Position numbers and translations under genes: made by a program. Below the pieces are notes generated by a model. The model saw only the letters and a program-made list of their open reading frames with translations. It was not told the origin of the DNA and searched no databases. From the human T2T-CHM13v2.0 reference genome, Homo sapiens: DNA of 64,000 nucleotides. This document shows positions 51,344 to 64,000 of the stretch, piece by piece; within the stretch, counting starts at the first letter, position 1, and every line of letters begins with the position of its first letter. The stretch lies in assembly GCF_009914755.1 (NCBI RefSeq), contig NC_060936.1; one strand, written 5' to 3'.

Positions 51344-52614
51344 TAAAACTTGAATCAAATGTTTCCGTAACCTACTGCTATTCTTCCATAAACTTCTTTA
51401 TATGAACTCAAAGATGTAATTTAGGAAAATAATAACATTATATTTATCTAGATAAGCATTCTTTTTTTCCTACCTGTAAAAATAATTTTGAACTATTTTT
51501 GAATTTATGTATTTTCTTTCATTTTTTTTTTTTTTTTTTACAATGGTGAGAACCTGTAAATCTAAGGATATAAACACCTTTGCAAGCCAATTGGTGAAAA
51601 TAGCCTTGTAGGTATTTTTATTTTTGTTATTTATTTATTTATTTTACTATAGAGGGATGAAGAAACTTTCTCAGGAAAGTGTAATGCTCATGAAAGACTA
51701 ACCGTGTATCTGGTGTGCTAACTGATGGTGTGCTAAACTGATTTTTTTTCTTTTCTCCAAGGTGGTGTTTTAAGACTATGGCGAGAAAAGAGAAGTGAAA
51801 AATAGCTACTTCATAGGAGAATAATTTTTTTAAAAAGCAGTTCATTTTGTGCACAGAATTATAAAAGAAACCATCTCAGTTGATGTTTTTTTTTCATTTT
51901 AGATAGCTGGTAAAGTGTTTCATTTATCTGAACTGAAAGGAGCCAAGTTTTGAGCAGTATTCTGGTGATTCCTGATAAACTTCCATTAATTCTTTTTTTC
52001 TCTCTAAATTTAAGTACAGTTTAATTACTTTCTTTTCCTATCAAGTTGTTATATTTGAGTTTAATATTTTGAAGAATATCATAATGATACAGAAATATAT
52101 AGCACATTAACCAAGTTAGATTTTTCAGAAAGTAGATTTTCAACAGATATTCTGTTTTGTTTTTTTAAGATTAAAAAAAATTACCCCTTCTGTATTACCC
52201 TTCAACTCTTCTCCTTGCTCCAGAAATATATCTAATTCTAGAGTGTTAGTAATTAAATAATTTTCTACTTATTAAAAACTGATCTCTAGCTTCATTATTC
52301 CTTCTTTGTCTACCTCCTCAACAAAATCATTCAATATAACTTCCTTGGGGAAACTTCAGGTTTCTTAGGGAGGGATGTAGTAGAAGAAGGAACAACGTTA
52401 TAATGTAACCACTATGGAAAGTCTAACATCACTGTTTAGTTATTTCCATAATATTCATTTTGAAGGGACTCAAAATATTCTTTATTATGGGAATAGTATT
52501 TTTTATTATGCACTTCACTAAAAAAAAAAGTCTTTGAATGATTTCTCCAGATATAAGGCCATGGTCCTAAATTTGCCTAATTATTATTCTCAGGAGCTCA
52601 CATTTCCTCCTATC

Positions 52615-55600
52615 ATCCCTACAAGTGAGAAGGTATTGGGGTTCTATTTTTAGCCTCCAAAACAATACTAGGCCAAGAATTTTGTATCCAGCAAAACTAA
52701 GCTTCATAAATGAAGGAAAGATATGGTCTTTTCCAGACAAACACATGCGGAGAGAATTCACCACTACCAACAACACTACAAGAAGTGTTAAAAACAAATA
52801 AATGAAAAAGCTCTAAATTTTGAAATAAATCCTTGAAATACACAAAAATATAACTTCCTTAAAGCATAAATCTCACAGGACCTATCTAATAATAACACAA
52901 TGAGAAAAAAGGTATTTAGGCAACAAGTAACAGGATGAATATAATAGTACCTCACCTCAATACTAACATTGAATGTAAATGGCATAAACGTTCCACTTAA
53001 AAGATACAGAATGGCAGAATGGATAAGAATTCACCAATCAAGTCTCTGCTATCTTCAGGAGACTCACCTGACAGATAAGAACTCACATAAACTTAAGCTA
53101 AAGTGGTGGAAAAAGTTCTTCTATGCAATGGACAACAAAAGTGAGCAGGAGTAGCTATTCTTATATTAGACAAAACAAACTTTAAAGCAACAGCAGTTTA
53201 AAAAGACAAAGAAGGACATTATCTAATGATAAAAGGCCTTGTCCAACAAAAAAAATCATGATCCTAAATATATATGCACCTAACACTGGAGCTCCCAAAT
53301 TTATAAAACAATTACTACTAGACCTAAGAAATGAGATAGACAGCAATGCAATAATAAATATTAAGGGATTTCAATACTCCACTGATAGCACTAGACAGGT
53401 CATCAAGACAGTAAGTCAACAAAGAAACAATGGACGTAAACTATACCCTAGAACAAATGGACTTAACAGATATTTACAGAACATTCTACCCAAGAACTGC
53501 AGAATATACATTTGTTTCATTAGCACATGGAACATTATCCAAGATAGACCATACGAAAGACCACAAAACAAGTCTTGGTACATTTAAGAAAACTGAAATT
53601 ATATCAAGTACTCTCTCAGACCACAGTGAAATAAAATTGGAAATCAACTCCAAAAGCAACCCTCAAAACCATATAAATACATGGAAATTAAATAACCTGC
53701 TCCTAAACGATTGTGGGGTCAACAATAGAATTAAGATGGAAATCTAAAGTTTTTTTTCAACTGAATGATAATAGCAACACAGCCTATCAAATCCTCTGGC
53801 ATACACAAAAGCAGTGCTAAGAGGAAAGTTCATAGCATTAAATACCTACATCAAAAAGTCTGAAAGGCACAAATAGACAATCTAAGCTCACACCACATGG
53901 AACTGAAGAAACAAGAACAATCCAAACCCAAACTCAGCAGAAGAAAAGAAATAACAAAGAGCAGAGCAGAACTAAATGAAATTGAAACAAACAAACAAAA
54001 ATACAAAAAATAAATGAAACAAAAAGCTGGTTCTTTGAAAAGATAAACAAAATTAATAGACTATTAGGGAGATCAACCAAGAAGAGAGAACATCCAAATA
54101 AGCTCAATTATTATAGAAATGAAATGGAAGATATTACTACTGGTACCATGGAAATATAAAAGATCATTCAAGGCCACTATGAACACCTTTAACTAGAAAA
54201 CACAGAGGAGACGGATAAATTCCTGGAAATATACAACCCCCCTAGAAGGGTTGATATATATCTTCCTCTAGGAACATAAAGAAACTCTGAACAGACAAAT
54301 AACAAGCAGTAAAATTAAAATGCTAATTTAAAAATTGCCAACAAAGACCAGAACCAGACAGATTCACAGCTGAATTCTCTAAGACATTCAAAAAGAATTG
54401 GTACTAATCCTATTGACACTATTCCACAGGATAGAGAAAGAGGGAATCCTCTCTAAATCACTCTATGAAGCCAATATCACCCTAATACCAAAACCGGGAA
54501 AAAGCATAACAAAATAAAAAAAGAAAACTACAGACCAATATCCCTGATGAACATAGATGCAAAAACTCTCAAAAAAATGCTAGCTAAACAAATCCAAAAG
54601 CATGTCAAAAAAGATAAGCCACCATGATCAAGTAGATTTCATACTAGAGATGCAGGGATGGTTCAACATCCACAAGCCAATAAATGTGATACACCACATA
54701 AAGAGAATTAAAAACAAAAACACACGATCATCTCAATAGATGCAGAAAAAGCATTTGACAAAATCCATCATCCCTTTGTGATTAAAAACCTCAGTAAAAT
54801 CAGCATAGACGGGACATACCTTAAGGTAATAAAAGCCATCTATGACAAGACCACAGCCAACATTATACTGAGTGGAAAAAGTTGAAAGCATTCTTCCTGA
54901 GAACTGAAACAAGAAAAGGATGCCCACTTTCACCACTTCTAATCAACATAATACTGGAAGTCCTAGCCAGAGCAATCAGGTCAGAAAAAGAAGTAAAAGG
55001 TATCCAAATTGGTAAAGAGGAACTCAAACTATTGCTGTTTGCTGAGATATGACTGTATACCTAGAAAATCATAAAGAATCGTCATCAAAAAAAAAAAACC
55101 TCCTAGAACTGGTAAACAAGTTCAGTAAAGTTTCAGGATATAAAATTAATGTACAGAAATTAGTAGCTCTGCTATACACCAAGAGCAACAAAAGCTGAGA
55201 ATCAAATCAAGAACACAACAAATTTTACAACAGCTGCAAAAATAAAAATAAAATACTTAGAAATATACCTAACCAAGGACTTTCCTTGAAAGATCTATAC
55301 AAGAAAAAGTAAAAAAACACTGCTGAAAGAAATCATAGATGACACAAACAAATGCAAACACATCCCATGCTCACGGAAGAGTAGAATCGATATTGCAAAA
55401 ATGATATTGCCAAAAGCAGTCTACAAATTCAATCCAATTCCCGTCAAATTACCACTATCATCCTTTACAAAACTAGAAAAAACAATCCTAAAACTCATAT
55501 GGAAACAAAACAGAGCCCACATAGCCAAAGCAAGACTAAGCAAAAAGAACAAATCTGGAAACATTACATTACCCAACTTCAAATTATATTATGAGGCCAT

Positions 55601-56940
55601 AGTCACCAAAACAGCATGGTAGTGGTATAAAAATAGGCACATAGACCAATAGAGAACCCAGAAATAAAGCCAAATACTTACAGCCAACTGATCTTCAACA
55701 AAGCAAACAAAAACATAAAGTGGGAAAAGAACACCCTATTCAACAAATGGTGTTGGGATAATTGGCAAGCCACATGTAGGAGAATGAAACTAGATCCTCA
55801 TCTCTCACCCATTACAAAAATCAACTCAAGATGGATAATAGGCCTAAATCAAAGACCTGAAACTGTAAAAATTCTACAAGATAACACTGGAAAAACGCTT
55901 CTAGACATTGGCTTAGGTAAAGACTTTATGACCAAGAACTCAAAAGCAAATGCAACAAAAACAAAGATAAATAGATTGGACTTAATTAAAATAAAAAACT
56001 TCTGCACAGCAAAATAACTAATCAGTAGAGTTATCAGACAACCCACAGAGTGGGAAAAAATCTTCACAATCTGTATGTCTGTCCACTAATATCCAGAATC
56101 TACAAGGAACTCAAACAAATCAGCAAGAAAAAACAATCCCATCAAAAAGTGGCCTAAAGACATGAATACACAATTCTCAAAAGAAGATATACAAATGGCT
56201 AACAAGCATATGGAAAAATGCTCAGCCTCACTAATTATCAGGGAAATGCATATCAAAACCACAATGGGATACCACTTTGCTCCTGCAAGAATGGCCGTAA
56301 TCAAAAAAATTTTAAAAAACAGGCATTGGCATGGATATGGTGAAAGGGAACACTTTTACACTGTTGGTGGGAATGTAAACTAGTACAACCATTATGGAAA
56401 ACAGTGTGGAGATTCCTTAAAGAACTAAAAATAGATCTACTGTTTGATCCAGCGGTGCCATTACTAGGTATCTACCTAGAGGAAAAGAAGTCATTATATG
56501 AGAAAAATACTGGCACATGCATGTTTATAGCAGCACAATTTACAATCACAAAAATATTGAACCAGCCCAAATGCCCATCAATCAATGAGTGGATAAAGAA
56601 AATGTTATATATATATAAATATATATATTATATAAATATATATAATATATATGAATATATATAATATATAAATATATATAATATATATGAATATATATAA
56701 TATATAAATATATATAATATATATGAATATATATAATATATAAATATATATAATATATATGAATATATATTATATATAAATATATATATGATGGAATACT
56801 ACTCAGCCATAAAAAGGGATGAAATAATGACATTCACAGCAACCTGGATGGAATGGGAGACTATTATTCCAAGTGAAGTAACTCAGGAATGGGGAAACAA
56901 ACATCGTATGTTGTCACTCACAAGTGGGAGCTAAGCTGTG
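52615..56940 (+). mobile_element. L1PB, 5'-truncated within ORF1: ORF1 end, disrupted ORF2, start of 3'UTR
   Basis: NVNGINVPLKRYRMAEWI..LQETHL; LNIYAPNTGAPKFIKQLL; DLTDIYRTFYP..SKIDH..SDHS; [13 protein letters not shown]; KLDPHLSP; FSKEDIQMANKHM. Confidence 0.95.
56605..56789. repeat. AT-rich minisatellite, 36-bp period
   Basis: Lone G at 56653, 56689, 56725 and 56761 (exact 36-bp spacing) within (TA)n-derived sequence. Confidence 0.95.
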
Positions 56941-59690
56941 TACACTGTGTGGCATTATTCCTCTCTTTGGAACTAAGACCTCTAGGGCAGCAGAGAGTAA
57001 TGTCGTGGGAACAGGAAATGAAAATTTTGCTAGTGGATCACTAGGGGGATGCCATGTGGTGCCACTTCCACTTCCACCACTTGATTTCTGGCTCCATGAA
57101 TTCTGGCTATGGGAGAAACAGTACCAGATATTAGATGGTGCTTTTGAGAATATAGGCCTTCTGGAGAACTTTGCCCAAGCCCTGCAAAGTATTGTCACCT
57201 AGTTGGCATTGTAATTATGACTTCAAAAGGCCATTCCACTGTTCTATCAATCTAGCTGCTTCAGGATGATGGGGAACGTGGTAAGACCAGTGAATTCCAT
57301 GAGCATAAACCCACTGCCACACTTCTTTAGGTGTAAAGCGAGTGCCTTGGTCAGAGGCAATGCTGTGTGGAATACCATGACGGTGGATAAGGCATTCTGT
57401 GAGTCCATGGATGGTAGTCTTGGCAGAAGCATTGCATGCAGGATAGGCAAACCCATATCCAGAGTAAGTGTCTATTCCAATGAGGACTAACCCCTGCCAT
57501 TTCCATGATGGAAGAAGTTCAATATAATCAACCTGTCGCCAGGTAGCTGGCTGATCACCCTGAGAAATGGTACCATATCAAGGGCTCAGTGTTGGTCTCC
57601 GCTGCTGGCAAATTGGGTGCTCAGCAGTGGTCGTAGCCAGCTCAGCCTTTGTGAGTGAAAATCCATGTTGCTGAGCCCATGCATAACCTCCATCCCTGCC
57701 ACAATGGCCACTTTGTTCATGGGCCCATTGGGTGATGAGAGGGGTGGCTGGGGAGAGAGGCTGAGTGGTGTCCACAGAACAGGTCATCATATCCACTTGA
57801 TTATTAACCTCCTCCTCCTCTGAGGTCACCCGTTCGTGAGCACTCACATGGGACACAAATATTATCACAATTTTTGGCCACTTAGAGATGTCCATCCACA
57901 TATCTCTTCCCTAAATTTCTTTGTCACCACTTTTTCCAGTCATGCTTATTCCAAGTCTCTGACCATCCAGCCAAACCACTGGCTACAGCCCACACATCAG
58001 TATATAATTGCACATCTGGCCATTTCTCCTTCCATGCAAAGTGCACAACCAGGTGTACTGCACTGCTTGAAGTTCTGCTTCAGGGAAAATTTCCCTTCAC
58101 CGCTGTCCTTCAGGGATGTTCTAGGAAGGGGCTGTAGTGCCGCAGCTGTCCACTTTTGGGTGGTGCCTGCATATTGTGCAGAACCATCTGCAAACAAGAC
58201 CCTAGTCTTCTCTTCCTCTGCAACCGATCATAGGAAACTCCCTATGAGGCCACTGATGCAAGCTGAGGGAGAGAAGGCAGGGTGTCAGGAGTGGATACCA
58301 TGAGCCTATGAGCCACTTCCTCATGTAACTTACTTGTGCCTTCAGGACCTGCTCAAGCCCAATCATGTATATACCACTTCCAATTGATGATGGAATGCTG
58401 CTGTGCATGACCCACTTAATGGCTAAATGAGTCATAAAGAACCCAGTTTATAATGGACAGTTCAGTTTGCATGGTGACTTGATGACCCATACTCAAACAT
58501 TCAGTTTCCACCAAAGCCCTGTCACAGGCCAAGAGTTGCCTCTCAAAAAGAGAGTAGTTTTCTGCAGAAAATGCCAGGGCCTTGCTCCAAAATCCTAGAG
58601 GACTCTACTGTGATTCACCTATGGGATCCTGCCAAAGGCTCCAAACAGCATCCTTATCTGCCACTGCCATCTCAAGCACCATTGGATCTGCTGGGTCATA
58701 AGGCCCAAGTGGCAGAGAGGCTTGCACAGTAATCTGGACCTGTTGTAAAGCCTTCTCCTATTCTGGACCCCACTAAAAACTGGCGGCCTTTCAGGTCACT
58801 CGATAAATGGGCAAGAGTAACAAACCCAAATGAGGAATGTGTTGCCTCCAAAATCCAAATAGGCCCACTAGGTGTTGTGCCTCTTGGTTGCAGGAGGAGC
58901 CAAATGCAGCAACTTATCCTTTACCTTAGAAGGAATATTTCCACAGGCCCCACACCAGTGGACACCTAGAAATTTTACTGAGGTAGAAGTTCCCTGAATT
59001 TTAGTCAGATTTATTTCTCATCCTCTGGCATGAGAATGTCTCACCAATACATCCTGTGTGTTTGCTGCTTCTCACTCACTGGATCCAATCAGCATAATGT
59101 TATCATTGTAATGTACCAGTGTGATATTTTGCAGAAGCAAAAAGTGATGAAGGTCTCTCCGAATAAGATTATGACACAAAGCTGGCGAGTTGATATATCC
59201 CCGAGGTAGGACAGTAGAGGTATATTGCTGGCCTTGCCAGCTGAAGGCAAATTGCTTCGGTGGGTCTTATGGACAGTAATAGAGAAAAAAGGCATTTGCC
59301 AAGTCAATGGATGCATACCAGGTACCAGGAGATGTGTTAATTTGCTCAAGCAATGAAACCACATCTGGTACAGCAGCTGCAATTGGAGTCACCACTTGGT
59401 TAAGCTTACAATAATTCAGCGTCAATCTCCAAGAACCATCTGTCTTCTCTGCATAGGCCAAATGGGAGAGTTGAACAGGGATATGGTGGGAATCATTACC
59501 CCTGTGTCTTTCAAGTCCTTGCTGGTGGCGCTAATCTTCACAATCCCTCCAGGGATGCGATATTGTTTGATTTACTATTTTTCTAGGTAGAGGCAGCTCT
59601 AACGGCTTCCATTTGGCCTTTCTCACCATAAAAACTCTCACACTACCAGTCAGGGAGCCAATGTGGGGGTTCTGCCAGCTGCTAAGTATG
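56941..59690 (-). mobile_element. HERV-L/ERVL internal pol fragment (RT-RNaseH-integrase), no LTRs
   Basis: [54 protein letters not shown] (RT); FADGSAQYAGTTQKWTAAALQP (RNaseH); WAHEQSGHCGRDGGYAWAQQHG...PICQQ (integrase Zn finger); frameshifted. Confidence 0.93.
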
Positions 59691-59918
59691 TAAGCTGTGA
59701 GGATGTAAAGGCATAAGAATGACACAGTGAACTTTGGGGACTTGGGAGAAAGGGTAGGAGAAGGGTGAGGGATCAAAGACTACACATTGGATACAGTGTA
59801 CAATGCTTGAGTGATGGGTACACCCAAATCTCAGAAATCACTACTAAAGAACTTATTTATGTGACCAAACACCACCTGTTTCCCCAAAACTTATCAAAAT
59901 AGAAAAAAATAAAAAAAG
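59691..59918 (+). mobile_element. L1PB 3'UTR end and A-tail (continuation of the 52615 element)
   Basis: taagctgtgaggatgtaaaggcataagaatga...caaatctcagaaatcactactaaagaactta...ccccaaaacttatcaaaatagaaaaaaataaaaaaa. Confidence 0.93.
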
Positions 59919-60129
59919 ATTTAAGTAGAAATCAACAACAAAAGTTAGAGTAACAATATAACTTGGCTTCTATTTCTTACTACCTTTAGTCTAATTGTTT
60001 CTAAGGCAGATAGACAAGAGCAATGCATGTTTGCTGTCTGAAAGTTATTTTCAAGATGTAATATGTGTTCTAAGGTAACTACAGGGCTGTTTGACCTTAT
60101 AGGTTCAGGTCCTTAAGTTAACAACATTC

Positions 60130-60547
60130 TGGCCATAAACAAAGAAAACTCAAGTGAGAAAAAACAGAGGCTATGTATTCAGAGTTTGCTATATTATGGC
60201 AGTCAGCCACCATCACTTGAATTTGATGTAAATTCAAAGTCAGGCCAGGGAGTGGGGAAGCTTTATAATAAAAAACAGGAAGTATTCAGGAATGCAGTGT
60301 GGAGATAGTTAACATTGGGGAAGCTGATGGTAGGTGCAGTGGAAGTGGGCACCTTTTGTGATTGGTTAGAGGAGCATATTTGGCTTTCTCTGATTGGCTC
60401 TGAGTTGGGAAAGGAAGCAAACATTAGGAAAGCTGGCAGTTATTGACCAAGTCCTTACTGTTTTGGACTAGTTGCTTTAGAACTGGTAGGTCAGAATTCT
60501 ATTGTCAAATAGGCTGGCCATTGTCCTTTTGTATATTCGTCCTCTCA
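60130..60547 (-). mobile_element. Old ERV1 solo LTR (MER90/MER92-like)
   Basis: ttcagagtttgctata...agtcagccaccatcacttg...gtgattggttagaggagcatatttggctttctctgattgg...ggccattgtccttttgtatattcgtcctctca. Confidence 0.6.
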
Positions 60548-62439
60548 ACATTTAATATGCTAGATCAATAAATGTATATTTAAATGTGCACCATGTATTA
60601 TCTGAGTCTCCATGGCACACTGTTATGAATTTCTGAAAGAGGAAGGAAAATACTGAAATGTCAGTTCAATAAATAATCCTGAAAAGGAATTATACAACAA
60701 TTATTTTGACAACAACAGTGTTGAATGCCTCCTAGGGAGGAAATTTTAAAATTTTAATGTGGGAAAAGAGGCAAAAAAGGTTAGGAGTTTATGATTCTTC
60801 AATTCAAAAATGTGCTTTAACACTGAGACAGAGAGGAGTCTTTGATTTTGGGACTGGAGACTGAGGACACTTCAAAAGCCTAAATCAATCAATGTCAATA
60901 GAATAAAGGAATGTCAGGCAAGGGGCCATATATCCCTTTTAACATGTTTCTGATTATACACACCAGGGGTTAAAAGCTCCCATCTAGGTTTCTGAAATGT
61001 GCTTTGTGAGATCAGGTGAGAGCATAAAGCCAGTGTTGTGAAATATTCTTTACTAAATTTTTCTCAGTCTCCTTATGCCAGGATAAGCAGAAATCTGATG
61101 TAAAACTTTCCTTCTACAAAGACAAATGGTTTTTTGTTGTAGTTTTGCTTTTGTAAGTGAAATCTACTCTCATCCCTATACACACAACCCAACATATACA
61201 CACATACCTCCCATTAACAGAGAAAACAAAAGTAGGGATTCTGCCTCTGTGGTTCCTGAGTTCTTTCCTGCCTGTTTTGAGTTCTGCTGGGCACAGTGAC
61301 TATTTCTGAGTTTACTTTCAGAAAGCCATTATTACCTCACGCTCTCCTGAACTGAAACTATTGTTCCTAATTACTACAACATGTGAGCCACAAAGAAACT
61401 ATTCTATAAGCAAGTGTTTCACAAAATGACAAGCTAAAAAAAAAAAAAAAAAAAAAAAGAGGTGCTTGATACTGGTATGAGAATACAGTGGTTCTGTTAG
61501 AAAACAGCTATTTTTTTTTTCTTTTTGGAAAACTTTTCATTTGTAATACACAGGCAGTTCTCCGAAATCCTCATAATAGAGGGGAGAGAGTGAATGAATA
61601 ATGGAGTATAGTACAAAATACAAGTCATTTGTGGTTAGCTTTGGAATTGGGTTATATAATTTTCATAGCTTAGCAACTTTCTGGTATTTCGCTTATGCTG
61701 ATACACAAATTCGTTTAAATTTCTTGGTCATATACCAAGGACAATAGAGAGGAAAGAGCAGAAAGATATCTTCTGGGTACCAGGGAGAATCCTAAAAGGG
61801 ATAAAAATGGACACCAACCTCTTTGTATCTTTCTTCTTTTACTCCCAACATGAATTTTCCCTCTATTGTATTCAAATTGTCCTTCAAACATGTCTTAGTT
61901 CTCCCAACCTTGCCCTATGCCTTTGTTATGCTCTTCTTCTTTGCAGGTTCAACTCAAAATCCATCTCTTCTGTGAAATACTCTCTTATGATCACAGCCTC
62001 TTTTGAGCTTCTCTGTCATCTCAGTTGTAAAATGGAGTGTTTTTTAAAGGTTATGCCTCTATCTTTTTCATGAGTTTTTAAATTATTTAACTACAGGGAT
62101 AGTTTTCATGTTCAGGATTGTATTCTCAGTGCTTTACACATTACTCCAAAAATGTTTTTAAAATGTGTTGTTTGATATTCCCCCTTGGAAAAACAACATT
62201 TAATAGCATTTAAATATTTGCTGCTAATAATGACATAGGCATGAAAAGGGGAAGCCTCAAACCTTTATTAAATGTCAAGTTGTGTGAAGTGCTTTGCTGG
62301 GCCCTAAACAAATGGAATTTCACATAAATTACAGAAACTTTTAACTTTATCTGATTATCTTTTTTATCCATGGAGCTCTTCATAATTTCTTAATTTTTTT
62401 TTTTTTTTTAACATGCGGCTTGCTGTTCTGTTCTCCAAT

Positions 62440-62670
62440 ACAAACAGAATGAATTTGGAGAGCCAGGTAAACCTAAGTGCAAATCTTGACTATGTCCCTT
62501 CTTAATGCAGCAATACGTCTTTGTGATTCATTGTCTCCTTCATAAAAAGAGAACTAATAAATTCTGTCTCAGAGGGTGGGTATTAATATAAAACACCTAA
62601 AGGGGGGAGTAATAATTAAACATAATTATTAAATGGCACTAAAAATGTCTGCTAATGTTACTATTGTTAT
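62440..62670 (-). mobile_element. MIR fragment
   Basis: tttggagagccaggtaaacctaagtgcaaatcttgact...taataaattctgtctcagagggt...aatgttactattgttatt. Confidence 0.5.
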
Positions 62671-64000
62671 TATTTGTACAGAGCCTTCTTAAATAGTCTC
62701 CAAATTATCTCCCTGAAATCTCCTCACTGAATCTTCTTACTGAAAAGTTATTTAGACTGAAGAATGAAATTATTAAATCCTTAGTTCCAGTCCTAGATCA
62801 GGAACACCTTTGAAGGTAATGTGGACCTGAAATAGTCCATGTTAAATAACATGGATCTGAAACCCGGTCCTACCCATAGGACTGTGAGTATAAAGCATAA
62901 AGCTGTGTATAGCTCCCAGATGGATGCAGAGTTTCTTCCAATGCAATATAGATCTTGTGATTAAGGTACAATTGTATTCAGTTCATTAATGCTTTCAGCA
63001 ATTTTAATATTGTCTACATTTAAGTTGTCTTAAAAGTACAGAGAGATGAGAAAACACTGTATTAAGTGAGCTAGAAGGTTTTTCTGAAGGAAATGCATAC
63101 TTTCATGTTCTTGTTTTGTGATAAGAAATACAAAGATTCATAAAATCTGGACCCTACTCTTAAAGAGCTCTTCCTTTATTCTGACATTGCTTGAAGAGTG
63201 GCATAAAATAATTTGGAGAGGGAATCTTTGTAGTGATAATATTGTTATAGCTTCAGAGAAGGTTTGAGATACTAAAAGAAGTGTTTGGAAGAGACAATTA
63301 GAAGAGATAAGTTGCCATATGCAATAGGATAAGAAAAGAGAAGCAGCCTAGGAAAGGGCTTTTAGTACAACTTGCCCTCAAGTCGGCTTTACAAAACCAA
63401 GTTTGGAATTGCATTTCAAAAACAACAACAAAAAGAAAAGTGCTATAGACATACATTGAGTGTTATGGAAAACTCAGTAAGATATAATATTCAATGCAAA
63501 ATGAATTATTTTACAATGATGGACAGAATCAATGATATAACCCTACTGATCCTACCTGTATATAAAAACTGATATAAATATAAATATATATGTGTGTATT
63601 GTTTTCTTAGAAGGGAATACATATCATTCCTTAATGTAGAAAGAGGACTAATGTTCAGATTGGGTGAGTTATTATCATTGTTGGAAGATAACAGATTTCT
63701 TCTTCATACAAAGCCATCAGTAATTTGAGAAACAAAATAATAATGAAGGGAAAAAAATCCCACTTTCACATAGATAAAAGTCCATATGGGGGAAGTTGTT
63801 GAATATGAGGCTCAAATACATCTGCTAAGTGAATCTCAGAACCAGCTTACTCACAGGTAAATCCCATCCCCATTCCAGCCCCTTTCCACCTGCAGGAGGA
63901 ATCACCCTGGGAACCTGTGAACAGCCTGTTCCTTGAAGATGGAAAGACCCAAAGAGGAAAGAGGAGGGTAGAATTAAGCTAAACATGCCATTCATTCCAG

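Noticed and set aside
52969-56664. L1 ORF2 as a potentially active element
   Set aside because: Fragmented into short ORFs, 5'-truncated, old L1PB subfamily; the other L1s here are equally disrupted
56914-59776. RT/RNaseH/integrase ORFs as a possible novel or domesticated RT system
   Set aside because: Recognisable HERV-L pol broken by many stops and frameshifts; no intact reading frame
61436-61458. Isolated long poly(A) run (also poly-T near 6439, 51522 and 62394)
   Set aside because: No upstream retrocopy body or TSD visible; treated as mononucleotide microsatellites
63372-64000. Possible minus-strand splice signals (acceptor near 63558, GTGAGT donor near 63853) and a 66-aa ORF
   Set aside because: No coherent exon with an open frame or recognisable peptide; truncated by the window edge

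Overview
Primate (human-like), AT-rich, transposon-dense genomic DNA. I can support no host protein-coding exon, RNA gene or CpG island. Most ORFs in the track are decayed L1 ORF1/ORF2, HERV-L pol, Alu or simple-repeat translations; the rest match nothing I recognise. Main contents: (1) a full-length minus-strand L1PB with a 16-bp TSD, inserted in an older L1M and itself carrying a twin-primed L1PA8-like insert; (2) an L1PA7-like copy whose 5'UTR is fused directly to its 3' end; (3) an L1PA10-like 3' fragment; (4) a plus-strand L1PB interrupted in its 3'UTR by a 2.75-kb HERV-L pol fragment with no LTR and no poly(A), flanked by a 9-bp duplication; (5) solo LTRs (MLT1, MER51, THE1B, an AP-1-rich LTR10, MER90-like) and an MLT2/ERVL remnant; (6) seven Alus, DNA-transposon relics and simple repeats. 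I see no convincing novel biological system. The best leads are the non-canonical HERV-L capture, the AP-1-rich LTR10 with nearby splice signals, and several local rearrangement scars. Subfamily names come from my recollection of consensus sequences and need RepeatMasker/Dfam confirmation. Boundaries of old repeats are approximate.
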